NCBI GenBank assembly: GCA_963675665.1
Contig: OY776510.1
Location: 339,467 to 403,466 of the forward strand
Origin: Spirochaetia bacterium
GTDB lineage: Bacteria > Spirochaetota > Spirochaetia > UBA9216
DNA length: 64,000 bases
Reading direction: 5' to 3'
This document shows positions 10,242 through 20,993 of the stretch, piece by piece; the stretch's first letter is position 1; each line of letters opens with the position of its first letter. The notes under the pieces were generated by a model. That model was not told the origin of the DNA, did not search any database, and saw only the letters and a list, made by a program, of their open reading frames with translations. The position numbers and the translations under genes were made by a program.

Positions 10242-10952
10242 TTATTTTTGTCTTTTTTTTGTCAGTAGAGAAATTCTTTCAAAATTCTTCATATGTTTCT
10301 CCATCTCAACTGCAGCGCCTTCAATATCCTTGTTTACAATCCGCTTCAGTATAGCTTTATGGCTTTTCGCTGAAGCTTCGGTTCTTCCGGGAAGGATATT
10401 GCTGAATTCAACAAAACTTTCTATCAAATTGGAAAATAGTGTATAAATCAATTCCAGGAAAGTATTCTGCGTTGAATGAATGATTTCCATATGAAATTCT
10501 ATATCAAGCTTTGAAATCTTTTTTCTATTCGTCACATTTTCATCCATTCCTTCGATGATTTCCTGAAGTTTTTTGACGTTCTCATCTGTTCTGTTCGCTG
10601 CGGCTAATTTTGCAGATTGTATTTCTATTATTCTCCGAAATTCTGCAATTTTCTCGATTTCGTATTTATCTTTATTCCTTGCATAATACAGTTTAAAAAC
10701 CTCAGAAATATTATCGACTTCTATTTGCTGTATATATGTTCCGCTGCCTGGCTGTGTCTCAAGCAGACCTTTTGCATTCAGTATATTAAGTGCCTCTCTA
10801 ATAACGGTTCGGCTGACATTGAATTTTTCACATAATTCTCTTTCAGTAGCCAGCCTGCTTCCAGTTGCCAATTCCCCTTTCAAATATAACTCTTCTATTT
10901 GATTTGCAACCTGATACGATAATTTATCCTGCCTGAAAACCGGTTCATACAT
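10242..10952 (-). CDS. GntR family transcriptional regulator (FadR/FCD subfamily)
   Basis: 236 aa. wHTH (ERELCEKFNVSRTVIREALNILNAKGLL) plus helical FCD domain. Confidence 0.8.
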   Translation of the reverse strand: MYEPVFRQDKLSYQVANQIEELYLKGELATGSRLATERELCEKFNVSRTVIREALNILNAKGLLETQPGSGTYIQQIEVDNISEVFKLYYARNKDKYEIEKIAEFRRIIEIQSAKLAAANRTDENVKKLQEIIEGMDENVTNRKKISKLDIEFHMEIIHSTQNTFLELIYTLFSNLIESFVEFSNILPGRTEASAKSHKAILKRIVNKDIEGAAVEMEKHMKNFERISLLTKKRQK

Positions 10953-11005
10953 TTATAGCTCCTTGAAAATCCTATCTTATTACACAAATAATGTTTCATA
11001 TAATT

Positions 11006-11023
11006 TGGTATTATATATTACCA
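11006..11023. promoter_or_regulatory. near-palindrome TGGTATTATATATTACCA in divergent GntR/HMGL promoter region (candidate FadR-type GntR operator)
   Basis: The TGGTA...TACCA arms fit the TGGT-N-ACCA logic of FadR-subfamily GntR operators. Position is 50 bp upstream of the GntR start and 180 bp upstream of the HMGL-like gene. Confidence 0.3.
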
Positions 11024-11204
11024 GAAACATGTTTATACTTCAACACTGAATTTTCTGCTTCTTGTACATATTAAAATTCAGCAAATCTAACCAATATTAT
11101 TCTATAACCGACACTTTTCATAAACCTTGTTTTTTAAATTGTTAATTGACAAATATATTACTTTTATATATGTTATATATAACAGAATAAGGAGGAAAAT
11201 CCAC

Positions 11205-12419
11205 ATGAAAAATTATTACCGTAAAAAGGACGCATGGTGGGTAAGCCCATACAATTACTACCATGAAGTAATCGGAGAATTCTCTATTCCTGACAAGGTT
11301 TCAATACACGATGCGACGCTAAGGGATGGTGAGCAAACACCGGGAGTGGTATTCAGACCCGAAGATAAAATTAGTATAGCAAAGAAGTTATCATCCGTCG
11401 GGGTTGAAAGAATAGAAGCCGGAATGCCTGCTGTTTCACAAGATGACTATAAATCAATACAGGAAATTACCAAGCTGGGTTTGAATTCAAAAATTTACTC
11501 ATTTGCCAGAGCTCTCAATTCAGATATTGACAAAGCCGTCGAATGCGGAGTTGACGGTGTGGTTCTTGAAGTGCCAATCGGTTATCCTAAACTAAAATAT
11601 CAATTCAACTGGACATGGGAGGATGTTTTTAAAAAGAGTGCCGATGTAATCAACTATGCGAAGAGTAAAAATCTTGAAGTTGTCTATTTCCCCTATGATA
11701 CAACAAGAGCAAGAGAAGAAGATATAGACCAGCTTCTGTATAACATTATGAAATTCTCACCTCCTGATTCTATAGGCGTAGTAGACACAATGGGCTGTGC
11801 TTTACCTCAAGCTATTGTTTACCTCGTAAAAAAATTCAAGGATATGACAAATCTCCCCATAGAGATACATACCCATAACGATTTCGGAATGGCGGTTGCT
11901 ACGGAACTCATGGCTGTCACCGCAGGTGCCGAGGTAATACATTCTTGTGTAAACGGGTTGGGAGAAAGAACCGGCAACGCTGCACTTGAAGAATTAATGA
12001 TCTGCCTTCATATCCTCCTGGGAATAAAAACCAATTACAAGTTCGATCAGCTGATGGAACTTTCCGATCTTGTCCGCAGGCTTAGTAAAACAGATTATGC
12101 AAAAAATAAACCGGTTGTTGGTGAACGAAATTTCACAAGAGAATCGGGAATAGGCATAGATCTCGTTATAAACCAACCCCTCGCAATGTTCGGCACTTCA
12201 CCAAGCTTTACAGGAAGAAAAGGCGATATAGTTCTGGGGAAAAAAAGCGGGAAATTATCAGTCGAATACTTTCTAAAGAAACATGGATATGAAAATGATA
12301 TCGATGATACTATAAAAAACACAATTTTAGAGGAAATAAAAAAACTCGGCATCAAGAAACAGGGGCTCTTAACTGATGGAGAATTCGACAGTATAGTAAA
12401 AAAAATTCTTGAAAAGTAA
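11205..12419 (+). CDS. HMGL-like DRE-TIM metallolyase (2-isopropylmalate/homocitrate/citramalate synthase-like)
   Basis: IHDATLRDGEQTPGV and HTHNDFGMAVA...GLGERTGNAALEE motifs. ATG at 11205 follows AAGGAGGA; the ORF track 5' extension from 11127 was rejected. Confidence 0.75.
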   Translation: MKNYYRKKDAWWVSPYNYYHEVIGEFSIPDKVSIHDATLRDGEQTPGVVFRPEDKISIAKKLSSVGVERIEAGMPAVSQDDYKSIQEITKLGLNSKIYSFARALNSDIDKAVECGVDGVVLEVPIGYPKLKYQFNWTWEDVFKKSADVINYAKSKNLEVVYFPYDTTRAREEDIDQLLYNIMKFSPPDSIGVVDTMGCALPQAIVYLVKKFKDMTNLPIEIHTHNDFGMAVATELMAVTAGAEVIHSCVNGLGERTGNAALEELMICLHILLGIKTNYKFDQLMELSDLVRRLSKTDYAKNKPVVGERNFTRESGIGIDLVINQPLAMFGTSPSFTGRKGDIVLGKKSGKLSVEYFLKKHGYENDIDDTIKNTILEEIKKLGIKKQGLLTDGEFDSIVKKILEK

Positions 12420-12644
12420 ATATATTGATTCTTCAATAATCGAACCAGGATTAATTGTATATACAGTTAAACAATTATATTTATCTTTTTTAATCAATTG
12501 TTCTGGTTCTAATTTTTATACGTTAGGGTTTTCGGTATCAGCTATATGTTATTACATCAGTATTTGAAAACGAAGTTCAATAAACCACTATTATCCATAC
12601 TTTCCGTTTGCCCAGCTTGTCGAAACCGTGGCCAGGAACCCTCC

Positions 12645-12685
12645 AAATAAAAGGACCGCCCTTTCGGACGGTCCTTTTATTTTAT
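12645..12685. terminator. bidirectional rho-independent terminator between convergent genes
   Basis: AAAAGGACCGCCC-TTTC-GGACGGTCCTTTTATTTT: a GC stem flanked by an A-run on one side and a T-run on the other. Confidence 0.5.
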
Positions 12686-12693
12686 CAATGCTA

Positions 12694-15201
12694 CTATTCA
12701 ATTCCCGAAACGGCAAATTCAACCCTTCGGTTCTTCCACCTGATGCTTCGATCGGTGACCGATACCATCGGGTATTTTCCGCCGAAAGCTTCCATCTGTA
12801 TCCGATCCGGATCCATTCCCATTTCAACAAGGGTTTTCCGAACTTCCTGCGCGCGGTTTTCAGTCAGCGGATAGAGGATTTCCTCTTCTTTTTCTTCACG
12901 GTCTCCGCCGCGATATATATTCAGAGCATGAGCATCGAGGATCAACCCGTATTCGGGAAAACGCTCCGAAAGTTCTATAATTCTACCGAGTGAAGAAATG
13001 TTTTCCTTATACTGTGCAGGCCCTGCGGAATCGAGCTTATATTTATAGGCCCCGAAAATTATATTCGGTACCATAACAAAATACTTGCCGTCTTTCTTTA
13101 TAAGCATTACATCAATAGGAATCCTCTCCTGGAGGGTTGATGTATTGCCGGACTTGTCCGTTACCCTGAGCTTAATTGTATACTTCTCGCCGCTGACGAT
13201 GTTTATTCCGTTATCGGAGGTACTCCAGGTTATATCACCGCTCGGATTTCCTTCGCCGGCATATGTTCTGATATTATTGCCGTGCTCATCATAGATATCC
13301 ATCATCCAGCCGCGAACCGCCTGATCTTCTTCAACATCAACCGAGATAAAAACCGATCCTTCAAGGCCCTTTTCCGTTTCGGCGAAAGCATTGGTCCTGA
13401 CAACCATCCTGATTTTCGGCGGCTTGTTATCAAGAACAAAAAGATCAGATTCGGTTTTAACAAAATCTCCTTTCAGGTAATCTACATAAAGCACCGCCTG
13501 GTAAACGCCCTCAAGCGCCGGGGCAACATTACCTTCCTGAAGTATCATGCCGTCCCAGGACAGTTCGGCAGGAAGAGTATCGGTTCCCCTGAACGAGGTC
13601 AGAACCTCGCCGGAATCATCGATTACTACTATCTTCCATTCCTTGACATCGGTATGCAGATCAGATTCAATCTGAACATGAAGCTTGTCTTCAAATCCGT
13701 CCCCGTTGGGTGAAAAACCTGCCGGAACTTTCAGGACTGTTGAGACCGGGCGCCGATCAATTTTAAACGTTAAGGGTTCGGCATATGTAACATTTCCGGC
13801 AAGATCGGTAAATACTCCCAAAACAAGATACTCTCCGTCGGGTACTTCTTTACCGTCAGGGGCCCTGCCGTCCCATTTTACAAGCGACGTTGTTCTTGAA
13901 TAATCCGTTTCCATTACCACCTTGCCGGTCATATCGATGATACTGCCTTCCCAGGTAACAACTTCATTTGCCCGGTATCGTACGGAAACGGTATCTCCCA
14001 GGCCGTCGCCGTTGGGAGAGAACGCAAGGCGTTCGGGTATTATTTCAACATTGGGCGCGGTTATATCGATTATTATGTCCTTCTCTGCTACCGGGCGCCA
14101 TGAGTTTTCATATTGAACAGACATGGAAAACAGATAGTTTCCGGGGTAAAGCGGCAGCCCCGATTCATTCAGGCCGTCCAGAACAACTGTTTCAGGCAAA
14201 CCGTCGGATGCAGCGCCCTTTTTCTGCATTACCACGCCGCCGCCGTCTGCAAGCGACCAGCTCCATGAAACAATATCTTCCTTCAATTCATAGGCCGGGG
14301 TTATAACCACTTTGTCTTTTACACCGTCGGCATTGGGAGAAAAAACAGAAGTATCCGTTTCAAGAACAAGGCGGGGCGACATTCCGTTAATCACAATTCC
14401 CTGAATCTGATATTTATCAGACTTGTTTCCTGCAAGGTCGGTCGTTTGAATTTCATAACTGTATTTACCGTCGGAAAGCATCTTTCCGTCGTCATTCAGG
14501 CCGTCCCAGAGGACATCTCCCGGTGCTTCATTGCTCCAGTCAAAGGTTTTTACAGGTTTACCGGCGCTGTCTTTAAAAACGCCCTTCCATTCCTTTTCTA
14601 CGGTTCCGTCCGCCTGCAGAATAATCAGCACATCGCCGTTTCCGTCATTATTCGGAGAAAACAACAGCGACTCAGGCTTCTTAACCGATACGGACGGTTT
14701 TTTCGTATCGACAATAAAATCATCAACATCTATCTCTGTAATCTGGTCGGAAGCGTCCATAACCCAGACGGTAACTTTATAAACTCCGTCGGCAACCAGA
14801 TTGCCGTCGGGGTCGGTTCCGTCCCACGTAATCTTTTTCTCCAGATTAAACTCATCATATCCGCGAAAAATCTGAAAAAGCCAGAAAACATCGCTTTTTT
14901 CGGTCTCTATTTTTTCTGCTACGACATTTCCGGCGGAATCAGTAATTCTCAGACCATATTCGGGAACATACCCTTCTTCACTCTTTACATAAATCTTTAC
15001 GCTGAATTTAAGGGTAGCATCATCCATAACACCGTCTCCGTTGGGAGACAGGTACTGTGTTCCGGAGGTTACCGGCGGTATTTCGGGAACTTCCGCGGAT
15101 CCGAACGCAAACAGCGATAATCCTGATACTGATAAAAACAGCACTGTTAAAAGGGCCGCTTTTTTAAATACAGACATGAACTTCCTCCAAATATGCTTCA
15201 A
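12694..15201 (-). CDS. OmpA-family outer-membrane/cell-surface protein with multiple FlgD-Ig-like repeats
   Basis: 835 aa with signal peptide. At least six repeats carrying SPNGDGxxD motifs (FlgD_ig-like). C-terminal OmpA-like peptidoglycan-binding domain (...NRRVEFAVSGIE). Confidence 0.65.
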   Translation of the reverse strand: MKHIWRKFMSVFKKAALLTVLFLSVSGLSLFAFGSAEVPEIPPVTSGTQYLSPNGDGVMDDATLKFSVKIYVKSEEGYVPEYGLRITDSAGNVVAEKIETEKSDVFWLFQIFRGYDEFNLEKKITWDGTDPDGNLVADGVYKVTVWVMDASDQITEIDVDDFIVDTKKPSVSVKKPESLLFSPNNDGNGDVLIILQADGTVEKEWKGVFKDSAGKPVKTFDWSNEAPGDVLWDGLNDDGKMLSDGKYSYEIQTTDLAGNKSDKYQIQGIVINGMSPRLVLETDTSVFSPNADGVKDKVVITPAYELKEDIVSWSWSLADGGGVVMQKKGAASDGLPETVVLDGLNESGLPLYPGNYLFSMSVQYENSWRPVAEKDIIIDITAPNVEIIPERLAFSPNGDGLGDTVSVRYRANEVVTWEGSIIDMTGKVVMETDYSRTTSLVKWDGRAPDGKEVPDGEYLVLGVFTDLAGNVTYAEPLTFKIDRRPVSTVLKVPAGFSPNGDGFEDKLHVQIESDLHTDVKEWKIVVIDDSGEVLTSFRGTDTLPAELSWDGMILQEGNVAPALEGVYQAVLYVDYLKGDFVKTESDLFVLDNKPPKIRMVVRTNAFAETEKGLEGSVFISVDVEEDQAVRGWMMDIYDEHGNNIRTYAGEGNPSGDITWSTSDNGINIVSGEKYTIKLRVTDKSGNTSTLQERIPIDVMLIKKDGKYFVMVPNIIFGAYKYKLDSAGPAQYKENISSLGRIIELSERFPEYGLILDAHALNIYRGGDREEKEEEILYPLTENRAQEVRKTLVEMGMDPDRIQMEAFGGKYPMVSVTDRSIRWKNRRVEFAVSGIE

Positions 15202-15235
15202 CTTATAAATTATCTCATTCTACCATATAAAACAT

Positions 15236-16417
15236 TCATGAGGCAAAGAAGTTACCTCTTTTAAATGTTGTCACCCCAAAAAATGACGTCAAATTCCGTG
15301 GAAGATCGGTAAAAGATGCTCTGATTCCCAGATTCTGCGCCTTTTTTCCTTTTACGTAATAAAGAAGAGGAACATATTCACGTGTATGGTCTGTCCCCTT
15401 AAAAGTCGGATCACATCCGTGGTCGGCTGTAATAACAAGAAGGTCGCCTTCATCCATAAGTTCAATCATTTCGGGCAGTCTGTCGTCTACAGCCCTGACA
15501 GCATCATGATACCCCTGAACATCGCGCCTGTGCCCGTAGACCATATCGGTATCAACCAGATTCACAAAAATAAACTCGGCCTTTTCCGGTTTTACGGAAA
15601 GCAGCTTCAACGTCCTGTCGATACATGCGGGATTTCCTTTATCAGGCCAGGTTTCATCTATGCCCTGTCCATTGAATATATCGCCTATCTTGCCTACGGC
15701 TATGGTTTTAACTCCTTCCGTCCGCAGATGGTCAAGAATTGATTCTTCCGGCAGCGCAATGCTGTAATCATGGCGCCGGCTGGTTCGACTGAAAGCTCCC
15801 GGACGGCCTTCAAAAGGTCTGGCGATTATACGGCCGACCATGTAAGAATCACATAACCGGCGCGTAATTTCACAAATGCGGTAAAGTTCATCAATCGGAA
15901 TAATGTCTTCATGCGCAGCAATCTGAAAAACCGAATCGGCTGATGTGTAACAGATGGGCGCACCTGTTTTCATATGTTCTTCGCCCAGTTCTTCTATTAT
16001 AGCGGTGCCCGACGCAGCTTTATTTCCGAGAATGGTCCGACCGGTTTCTCTTTCAAAAGCATCAACCAGCTCAGACGGAAAAGACGGATATTCCGGCGGA
16101 AAGACAGGAAAAGGTTTATCCAGAACAATACCGGCAAGTTCCCAGTGACCCGTCGTCGTATCCTTTCCGGGAGAAGATTCGTTCATAACGCCGTATGAAG
16201 CAAGCGGGGCGTCGACCGGGGGGCAGCCTTTCAGCTCGTTCCCAAGCAGCATGGACGCGTTGCCGAGTCCGAGTTTCTGTAAACTGGACCAGTCGGCTCC
16301 GCCGGGTACATTTTCACTTATGTGCAGTGCTGTATTCGAACCGACATCCCCGTATCTGTCGGCATCCGGCAGCTCTCCGATCCCGAAACTGTCTATTACA
16401 AGTACTGTCGCACGCAT
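15236..16417 (-). CDS. deoB: phosphopentomutase
   Basis: 393 aa. Alkaline-phosphatase-superfamily DeoB N-terminus MRATVLVIDSFGIGELPDA and conserved metal-binding regions. Confidence 0.85.
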   Translation of the reverse strand: MRATVLVIDSFGIGELPDADRYGDVGSNTALHISENVPGGADWSSLQKLGLGNASMLLGNELKGCPPVDAPLASYGVMNESSPGKDTTTGHWELAGIVLDKPFPVFPPEYPSFPSELVDAFERETGRTILGNKAASGTAIIEELGEEHMKTGAPICYTSADSVFQIAAHEDIIPIDELYRICEITRRLCDSYMVGRIIARPFEGRPGAFSRTSRRHDYSIALPEESILDHLRTEGVKTIAVGKIGDIFNGQGIDETWPDKGNPACIDRTLKLLSVKPEKAEFIFVNLVDTDMVYGHRRDVQGYHDAVRAVDDRLPEMIELMDEGDLLVITADHGCDPTFKGTDHTREYVPLLYYVKGKKAQNLGIRASFTDLPRNLTSFFGVTTFKRGNFFAS

Positions 16418-16557
16418 TATATTAACCTCCGAACTTTGCTGCCGGGGAGGGCAGCTCTACAAAAATATCGGCAAATGCCCTGTTAATATCAATATACTCC
16501 ATTTTCAGCCTTATTCAAAAAAGATTTGCCGTCGGACAGGCTTATGTTATAATTTTC

Positions 16558-18101
16558 TTATGAATACCCATTTCGCTCTTGAAAATCCGATAGAAGTTCT
16601 TACCGGTAAAAAAAGGTCGGAACTTACCAGAGACGATCTTATCAATATTATCAATAAAAAACAGATCGAACGAATTACGTTTCACTACACTGCCATAGAC
16701 GGCAGGGTGAAAGAACTCAGGCTGCCGATTACCGGCCATGAGCAGGCTGAAATAATTCTGGCTGAGGGAGAACGCGTCGACGGCTCTTCGCTTTTCAAGG
16801 GAGTTGTGGACGCCGGTAAATCCGATCTTTACGTAATTCCCGTTTATAAATCCGCTTTCATAAACCCCTTTGATCAGACAAGCCTGGATTTTATCTGCCG
16901 GTTCGTCACAGGCGACGGCGAACTTGCTCCGTTTGCACCGGACAATCTGCTCTCTATTACTCACCAGATACTGAAAGAAGAATTCGACGTGGAATTCAAC
17001 GCGCTTGGAGAACTTGAGTTTTATCTTATCGGGAACCAGGATGTTAATCTTTACCCGCTGCCGAACCAGAAGGGCTATCACGGAAGCAGCCCCTACGTTA
17101 AAACAACCGACATTGTAAACGAAATGCTCCGGGTTATGACCAATATTACAAGCGAAATAAAGTATGCACATAATGAAGTGGGACTCATCAACCGGCTTGA
17201 GAGCGACAACCCCCTTCTCAACGGCAAGCTTGCCGAGCAGGTTGAGATTGAGTTTCTTCCCGCCCCGATTGAAGATGCTGCTGATGTAGTTGTTCTCGGC
17301 AAGTGGCTGTGCCAGAGCATTGCGAACCAGTACGGACTGATTGCCACTTTTTATCCGAAGATTCAGATAGGAGATGCCGGAAGCGGGCTCCATTTTCACA
17401 CAATGCTGAGAAGAAACAATAAGAACATAATGCTGAATGCCGATCAGGAACTTTCCGAGGAAGCGCTGAAACTTATAGGCGGGTTATGCAGATACGCGCC
17501 TACGCTTTCGGCATTCGGTAATATGACCGCAGGTTCTTTTCTCAGACTGGTTCCTCACCAGGAAGCGCCGACAAAGGTCTGCTGGGGATATTCAAACCGC
17601 AGCGCCCTGATAAGGGTACCGCTGGGCTGGCGCAATCTTGACAACCTTGCAATGAAGGTCAATCCGCAGCAGAGACTGAAGGCTGATATCAAGGACAGCC
17701 GGCAGACCGTCGAGTTACGAAGCGCCGACGGAAGCGCAAATACCCACCTGCTGCTTGCCGCCATGACTACCGCCGTGCTATGGGCCTTCCGCAATCCCGA
17801 AGAATCCCTTAAACTGGCGAAGAAAAACTTTGTTGCGGGAAATATTCACAGCGATCCTGAAATGGAAAAGAAACTTATCGATATTGCGACCAGCTGCGTT
17901 GAAACGTCTGAAACCCTTAATGAGCACCGGTCCTATTACGAAGAAGACGGATATTTTACCGAAACACTAATCAACAAGGTTATAGAACTGCTCGAGGCCG
18001 AAAACGACAGGGGTCTTAATAAAAAAATAATATCACTGCCGCCGGAAGACGGCAGGATGCTGGCTGAAGACTTTATAAAAAAAGGATTCAGCAAGTATTA
18101 A
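16558..18101 (+). CDS. glutamine synthetase family protein (divergent GS / gamma-glutamyl ligase)
   Basis: GS-family motifs FDGSS-like (VDGSSLF), GELEFYLI, GSGLHFH and NRSALIRVP. The ORF track 5' extension to 16251 overlaps deoB and is rejected; start taken at ATG 16558. Confidence 0.65.
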
Positions 18102-19325
18102 TCAGCGTAACGGCACCTCAATTTCAATATCGCTCAGCGGATACGAAGAACACGTATGGATATACCCGAATTTTTTGTCGGCTGCCCTGCGCCCGTCGGT
18201 ATTTTCAGGAATAAAAACGTCGCCGCTGATGAGACGGCTGCGACAGAACCCGCATTCGCCGCTTCTGCACCTCGAAGGCGCCTTTACGCCGCCGCGTTCA
18301 AGAGAGGTCAGCAGACTCTCGGTTGCTGCCGCTTCAAGCTGATACGTTTCCCCGTTTATATGGACCTTCAAATTGAATGTTTTACTTTCATAACCGGCCG
18401 GATATTTTTCGTCCGCAGAGACGTTATCCGCCTCTCCGAATAATTCTCTCCGGATAAATTTCTTCTGAATCTGCATTTGAACAAGCTCTTTTTCAACAAA
18501 ATTGTACATCGCCTGCGGACCGCACATAAATACCGAGAACGGTTTATCCGAATGCGCATATCTGCTTATCAGTTCCCTGGTTATAAAGCCTGTCTCAACG
18601 TTACCGCCCGGGTTCTCATCCGAAATAACATTAATCAGCTGGATTTTGCCGTCGGTTCTTTTCATCAGTTCGTCAAATTCATTCCGGAAGATAATATCCT
18701 TTTCGCGGCGATTTCCGAACAGAACAATCAGATTAAAATCCTCAGTTCCCTCCGCTATCGCTCTTGCCATTGCCCGAAAGGGCGTGATTCCGCATCCGCC
18801 GGCAATTCCTATAACCGTATCGGAATCGCGCAGAGATTCATAATAAAAATCGCCTTCGGGGCCGGAAACTTCAACACCGGTCCCTTTTTTCCAGTTGCCC
18901 TGAATAAAAGGAGAGACAAAACCGTCGGCCTGCTTCTTAATGCTTATGATATAAAAACCTGAAAGGGCGTCTTTCGGCGAGGAGCTTATGGATACGGGAC
19001 GGGTAACGAATGCGCCGTCAATCTCAAGGCTGACGCTCAGGTACTGTCCCGCCCTGAAATACGCACATTTTTCCGTACCCTTACCGGTGTCGGGAACCAG
19101 CCTGTAGGAAATTATATCGCCGCCTTCATCAATTACTTCGCTTACAATCATATACTGGACCTTCGGATGCAGCGACCTTGCCAGAAGATTCATCGGCAAA
19201 TCAACCGTTAAAGGCGAAGCCTCTGCCGCTTCAATCCTCTTCCTTCTTTCCGGCACCAGGTTTTTAAACGCAAGAAGATCAAGAAATCCGAAAGCTTTTA
19301 CCTTTACATTCAATCTATTATCCAT
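18102..19325 (-). CDS. flavodoxin/ferredoxin-NAD(P) reductase-like oxidoreductase with C-terminal 2Fe-2S ferredoxin domain
   Basis: FAD/NAD-binding FNR-like core (GIAGGCGITP) and C-terminal CRSGECGFCRS cysteine cluster typical of plant-type 2Fe-2S domains. Confidence 0.6.
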   Translation of the reverse strand: MDNRLNVKVKAFGFLDLLAFKNLVPERRKRIEAAEASPLTVDLPMNLLARSLHPKVQYMIVSEVIDEGGDIISYRLVPDTGKGTEKCAYFRAGQYLSVSLEIDGAFVTRPVSISSSPKDALSGFYIISIKKQADGFVSPFIQGNWKKGTGVEVSGPEGDFYYESLRDSDTVIGIAGGCGITPFRAMARAIAEGTEDFNLIVLFGNRREKDIIFRNEFDELMKRTDGKIQLINVISDENPGGNVETGFITRELISRYAHSDKPFSVFMCGPQAMYNFVEKELVQMQIQKKFIRRELFGEADNVSADEKYPAGYESKTFNLKVHINGETYQLEAAATESLLTSLERGGVKAPSRCRSGECGFCRSRLISGDVFIPENTDGRRAADKKFGYIHTCSSYPLSDIEIEVPLR

Positions 19326-20848
19326 CAGTTTTTCTCCATTCTGTCTTTCAATGTAAGAAGCGCAGCTGTTTCCCCCGAAAGATACGAGGAGCTGTACCCG
19401 AACAATCTGAACGCAAAGCCTCCGCAGAACCTCAGCCCCTGAAGCCTGTGATCTTCATCCATCATCATCATCCGCGGAAGAAGCGAATCCCAGGAATCGG
19501 CTTCATACCCGTATATGCTTCCGTTATTCGCCCCGGTATATCGGGCAAAGGTAGCGGGACTTGCAACCGATATTTCTTCTATCGCATCCCTGATATGAAT
19601 ACCGGTGGTTTTTTCAAAATTATCAATTACTTCACCGGCTATTTCGTTCTTGGTCCGATAGTACTTCTCAGCTGAAATGTCCGACCATGCGTCATCGGTG
19701 TACAGTGTGGTGAACGACATTATGGATGTTCCCGGGGGAGAACAGTCCGGGATGGCCTTGTTCAGACAGACGGTGGCCTGTATCGGTTTCTTGTCTATCT
19801 TTTTCAAATCCGAATAAAGCTTCCCGGTGTCCATCGACGGATATATAAAGTAGCTGTAATCGGTAATACCCAGTTCCTCAGGGGTTTTGTTTAATCCCAG
19901 GTAGAGCACCCACCCCTGGGCCCCTGATCTTCGCGCGTTACCGGCCCTGATTTCTATTTCCGGGACTGCTTCTGGCGGCGTTACCATTGATGAAAAAACT
20001 ACATGCCGCGGAATGTTTGCTATCACATGTTCGGTCTTAAACTCGCCCTTATCGGTCAGAACGCTCTTAACCGCCCCGTTTTGCGTGTTTATTTTTTCGG
20101 CCTTCGTATTAAACATTACAGTGCCGCCGAGCTTTTGGAATTCATCAATGAGCGCCGAAGAAATTTCATGCGAACGGAGTTTCGGGATATATGCTCCCTT
20201 ATCCATGTATTTATATACCATTGCGGCGAAAATTGTAAAATTCAGCCTGCTGACGGGAAGCCCTATATAACACCAGTATGCGTTCAGTATCCTGCGCGCT
20301 TTTGCCGGAATTTTCAGTGATTTTTCAACCTGCTCAACCGAATAGGATGCCGTTTTAAGAAAATTTGGATATTCTTTCATAAGGACTTTTTTATCCGGAT
20401 GCCCCTTTGACGCACCAAGATAGTTTAATCCGGCCAGAATTTCTTCCGCAAGCGCGAAAAAACTCTCAATCGACACCCTTGAGCCCGGCACCTGCTTCTC
20501 CATCTCGTCTACATACTCTTTAAGGCCGAACGGCATTCTTACGTCAAGAATTCCTTCCGGGTCGTCGGTTGTTATCAGGCGGTAAGCCTCGGGAACGGGA
20601 ACAAAATCCACCTCAATATTCAGCCTTTTAAAAAGCTCCCCTACGCCTCCCGGATTATCAGCCGAACCGACATCGCAAAGTTCATGCAGGGACGGCTCAA
20701 ACTCAAAACGCCCCCTGATAAAACTGGAAGCAAATCCTCCCGGCAAATTATGCTGTTCAACAAGAAGCGTTTTCAGACCTTTTTGAGCTGCTGTAACGGC
20801 AGCCGTAAGCCCGCCGTTACCGGCTCCCAAAACAACTACATCATACAT
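19325..20848 (-). CDS. FAD-dependent oxidoreductase, phytoene-desaturase (CrtI)-like / COG1233 family
   Basis: N-terminal dinucleotide-binding motif MYDVVVLGAGNGGLTAA. Start set at ATG 20848, which is preceded by GGAGAG. Confidence 0.7.
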   Translation of the reverse strand: MYDVVVLGAGNGGLTAAVTAAQKGLKTLLVEQHNLPGGFASSFIRGRFEFEPSLHELCDVGSADNPGGVGELFKRLNIEVDFVPVPEAYRLITTDDPEGILDVRMPFGLKEYVDEMEKQVPGSRVSIESFFALAEEILAGLNYLGASKGHPDKKVLMKEYPNFLKTASYSVEQVEKSLKIPAKARRILNAYWCYIGLPVSRLNFTIFAAMVYKYMDKGAYIPKLRSHEISSALIDEFQKLGGTVMFNTKAEKINTQNGAVKSVLTDKGEFKTEHVIANIPRHVVFSSMVTPPEAVPEIEIRAGNARRSGAQGWVLYLGLNKTPEELGITDYSYFIYPSMDTGKLYSDLKKIDKKPIQATVCLNKAIPDCSPPGTSIMSFTTLYTDDAWSDISAEKYYRTKNEIAGEVIDNFEKTTGIHIRDAIEEISVASPATFARYTGANNGSIYGYEADSWDSLLPRMMMMDEDHRLQGLRFCGGFAFRLFGYSSSYLSGETAALLTLKDRMEKN

Positions 20849-20993
20849 ATTTCTCTCCAGATTTGTGGTATGGCCAGAGACCACTAGAACTATAAACTGT
20901 ATTTCTTTATTTTGTAAAGAAAAATATTTTTATACAAAGTTTATATTCCAATTTACCGGCTGTGGTATATAATATGTCCACAAAGGAGCGCTG

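Noticed and set aside
13085-15120. Plus-strand ORFs inside the 835-aa OmpA/FlgD-Ig gene
   Set aside because: Shadow ORFs; the minus-strand gene has clear repeat-domain and OmpA homology.
16251-16557. 5' extension of the glutamine-synthetase-family ORF overlapping deoB on the opposite strand
   Set aside because: The extension has no homology and overlaps a well-supported gene. Homology to GS begins near the ATG at 16558.
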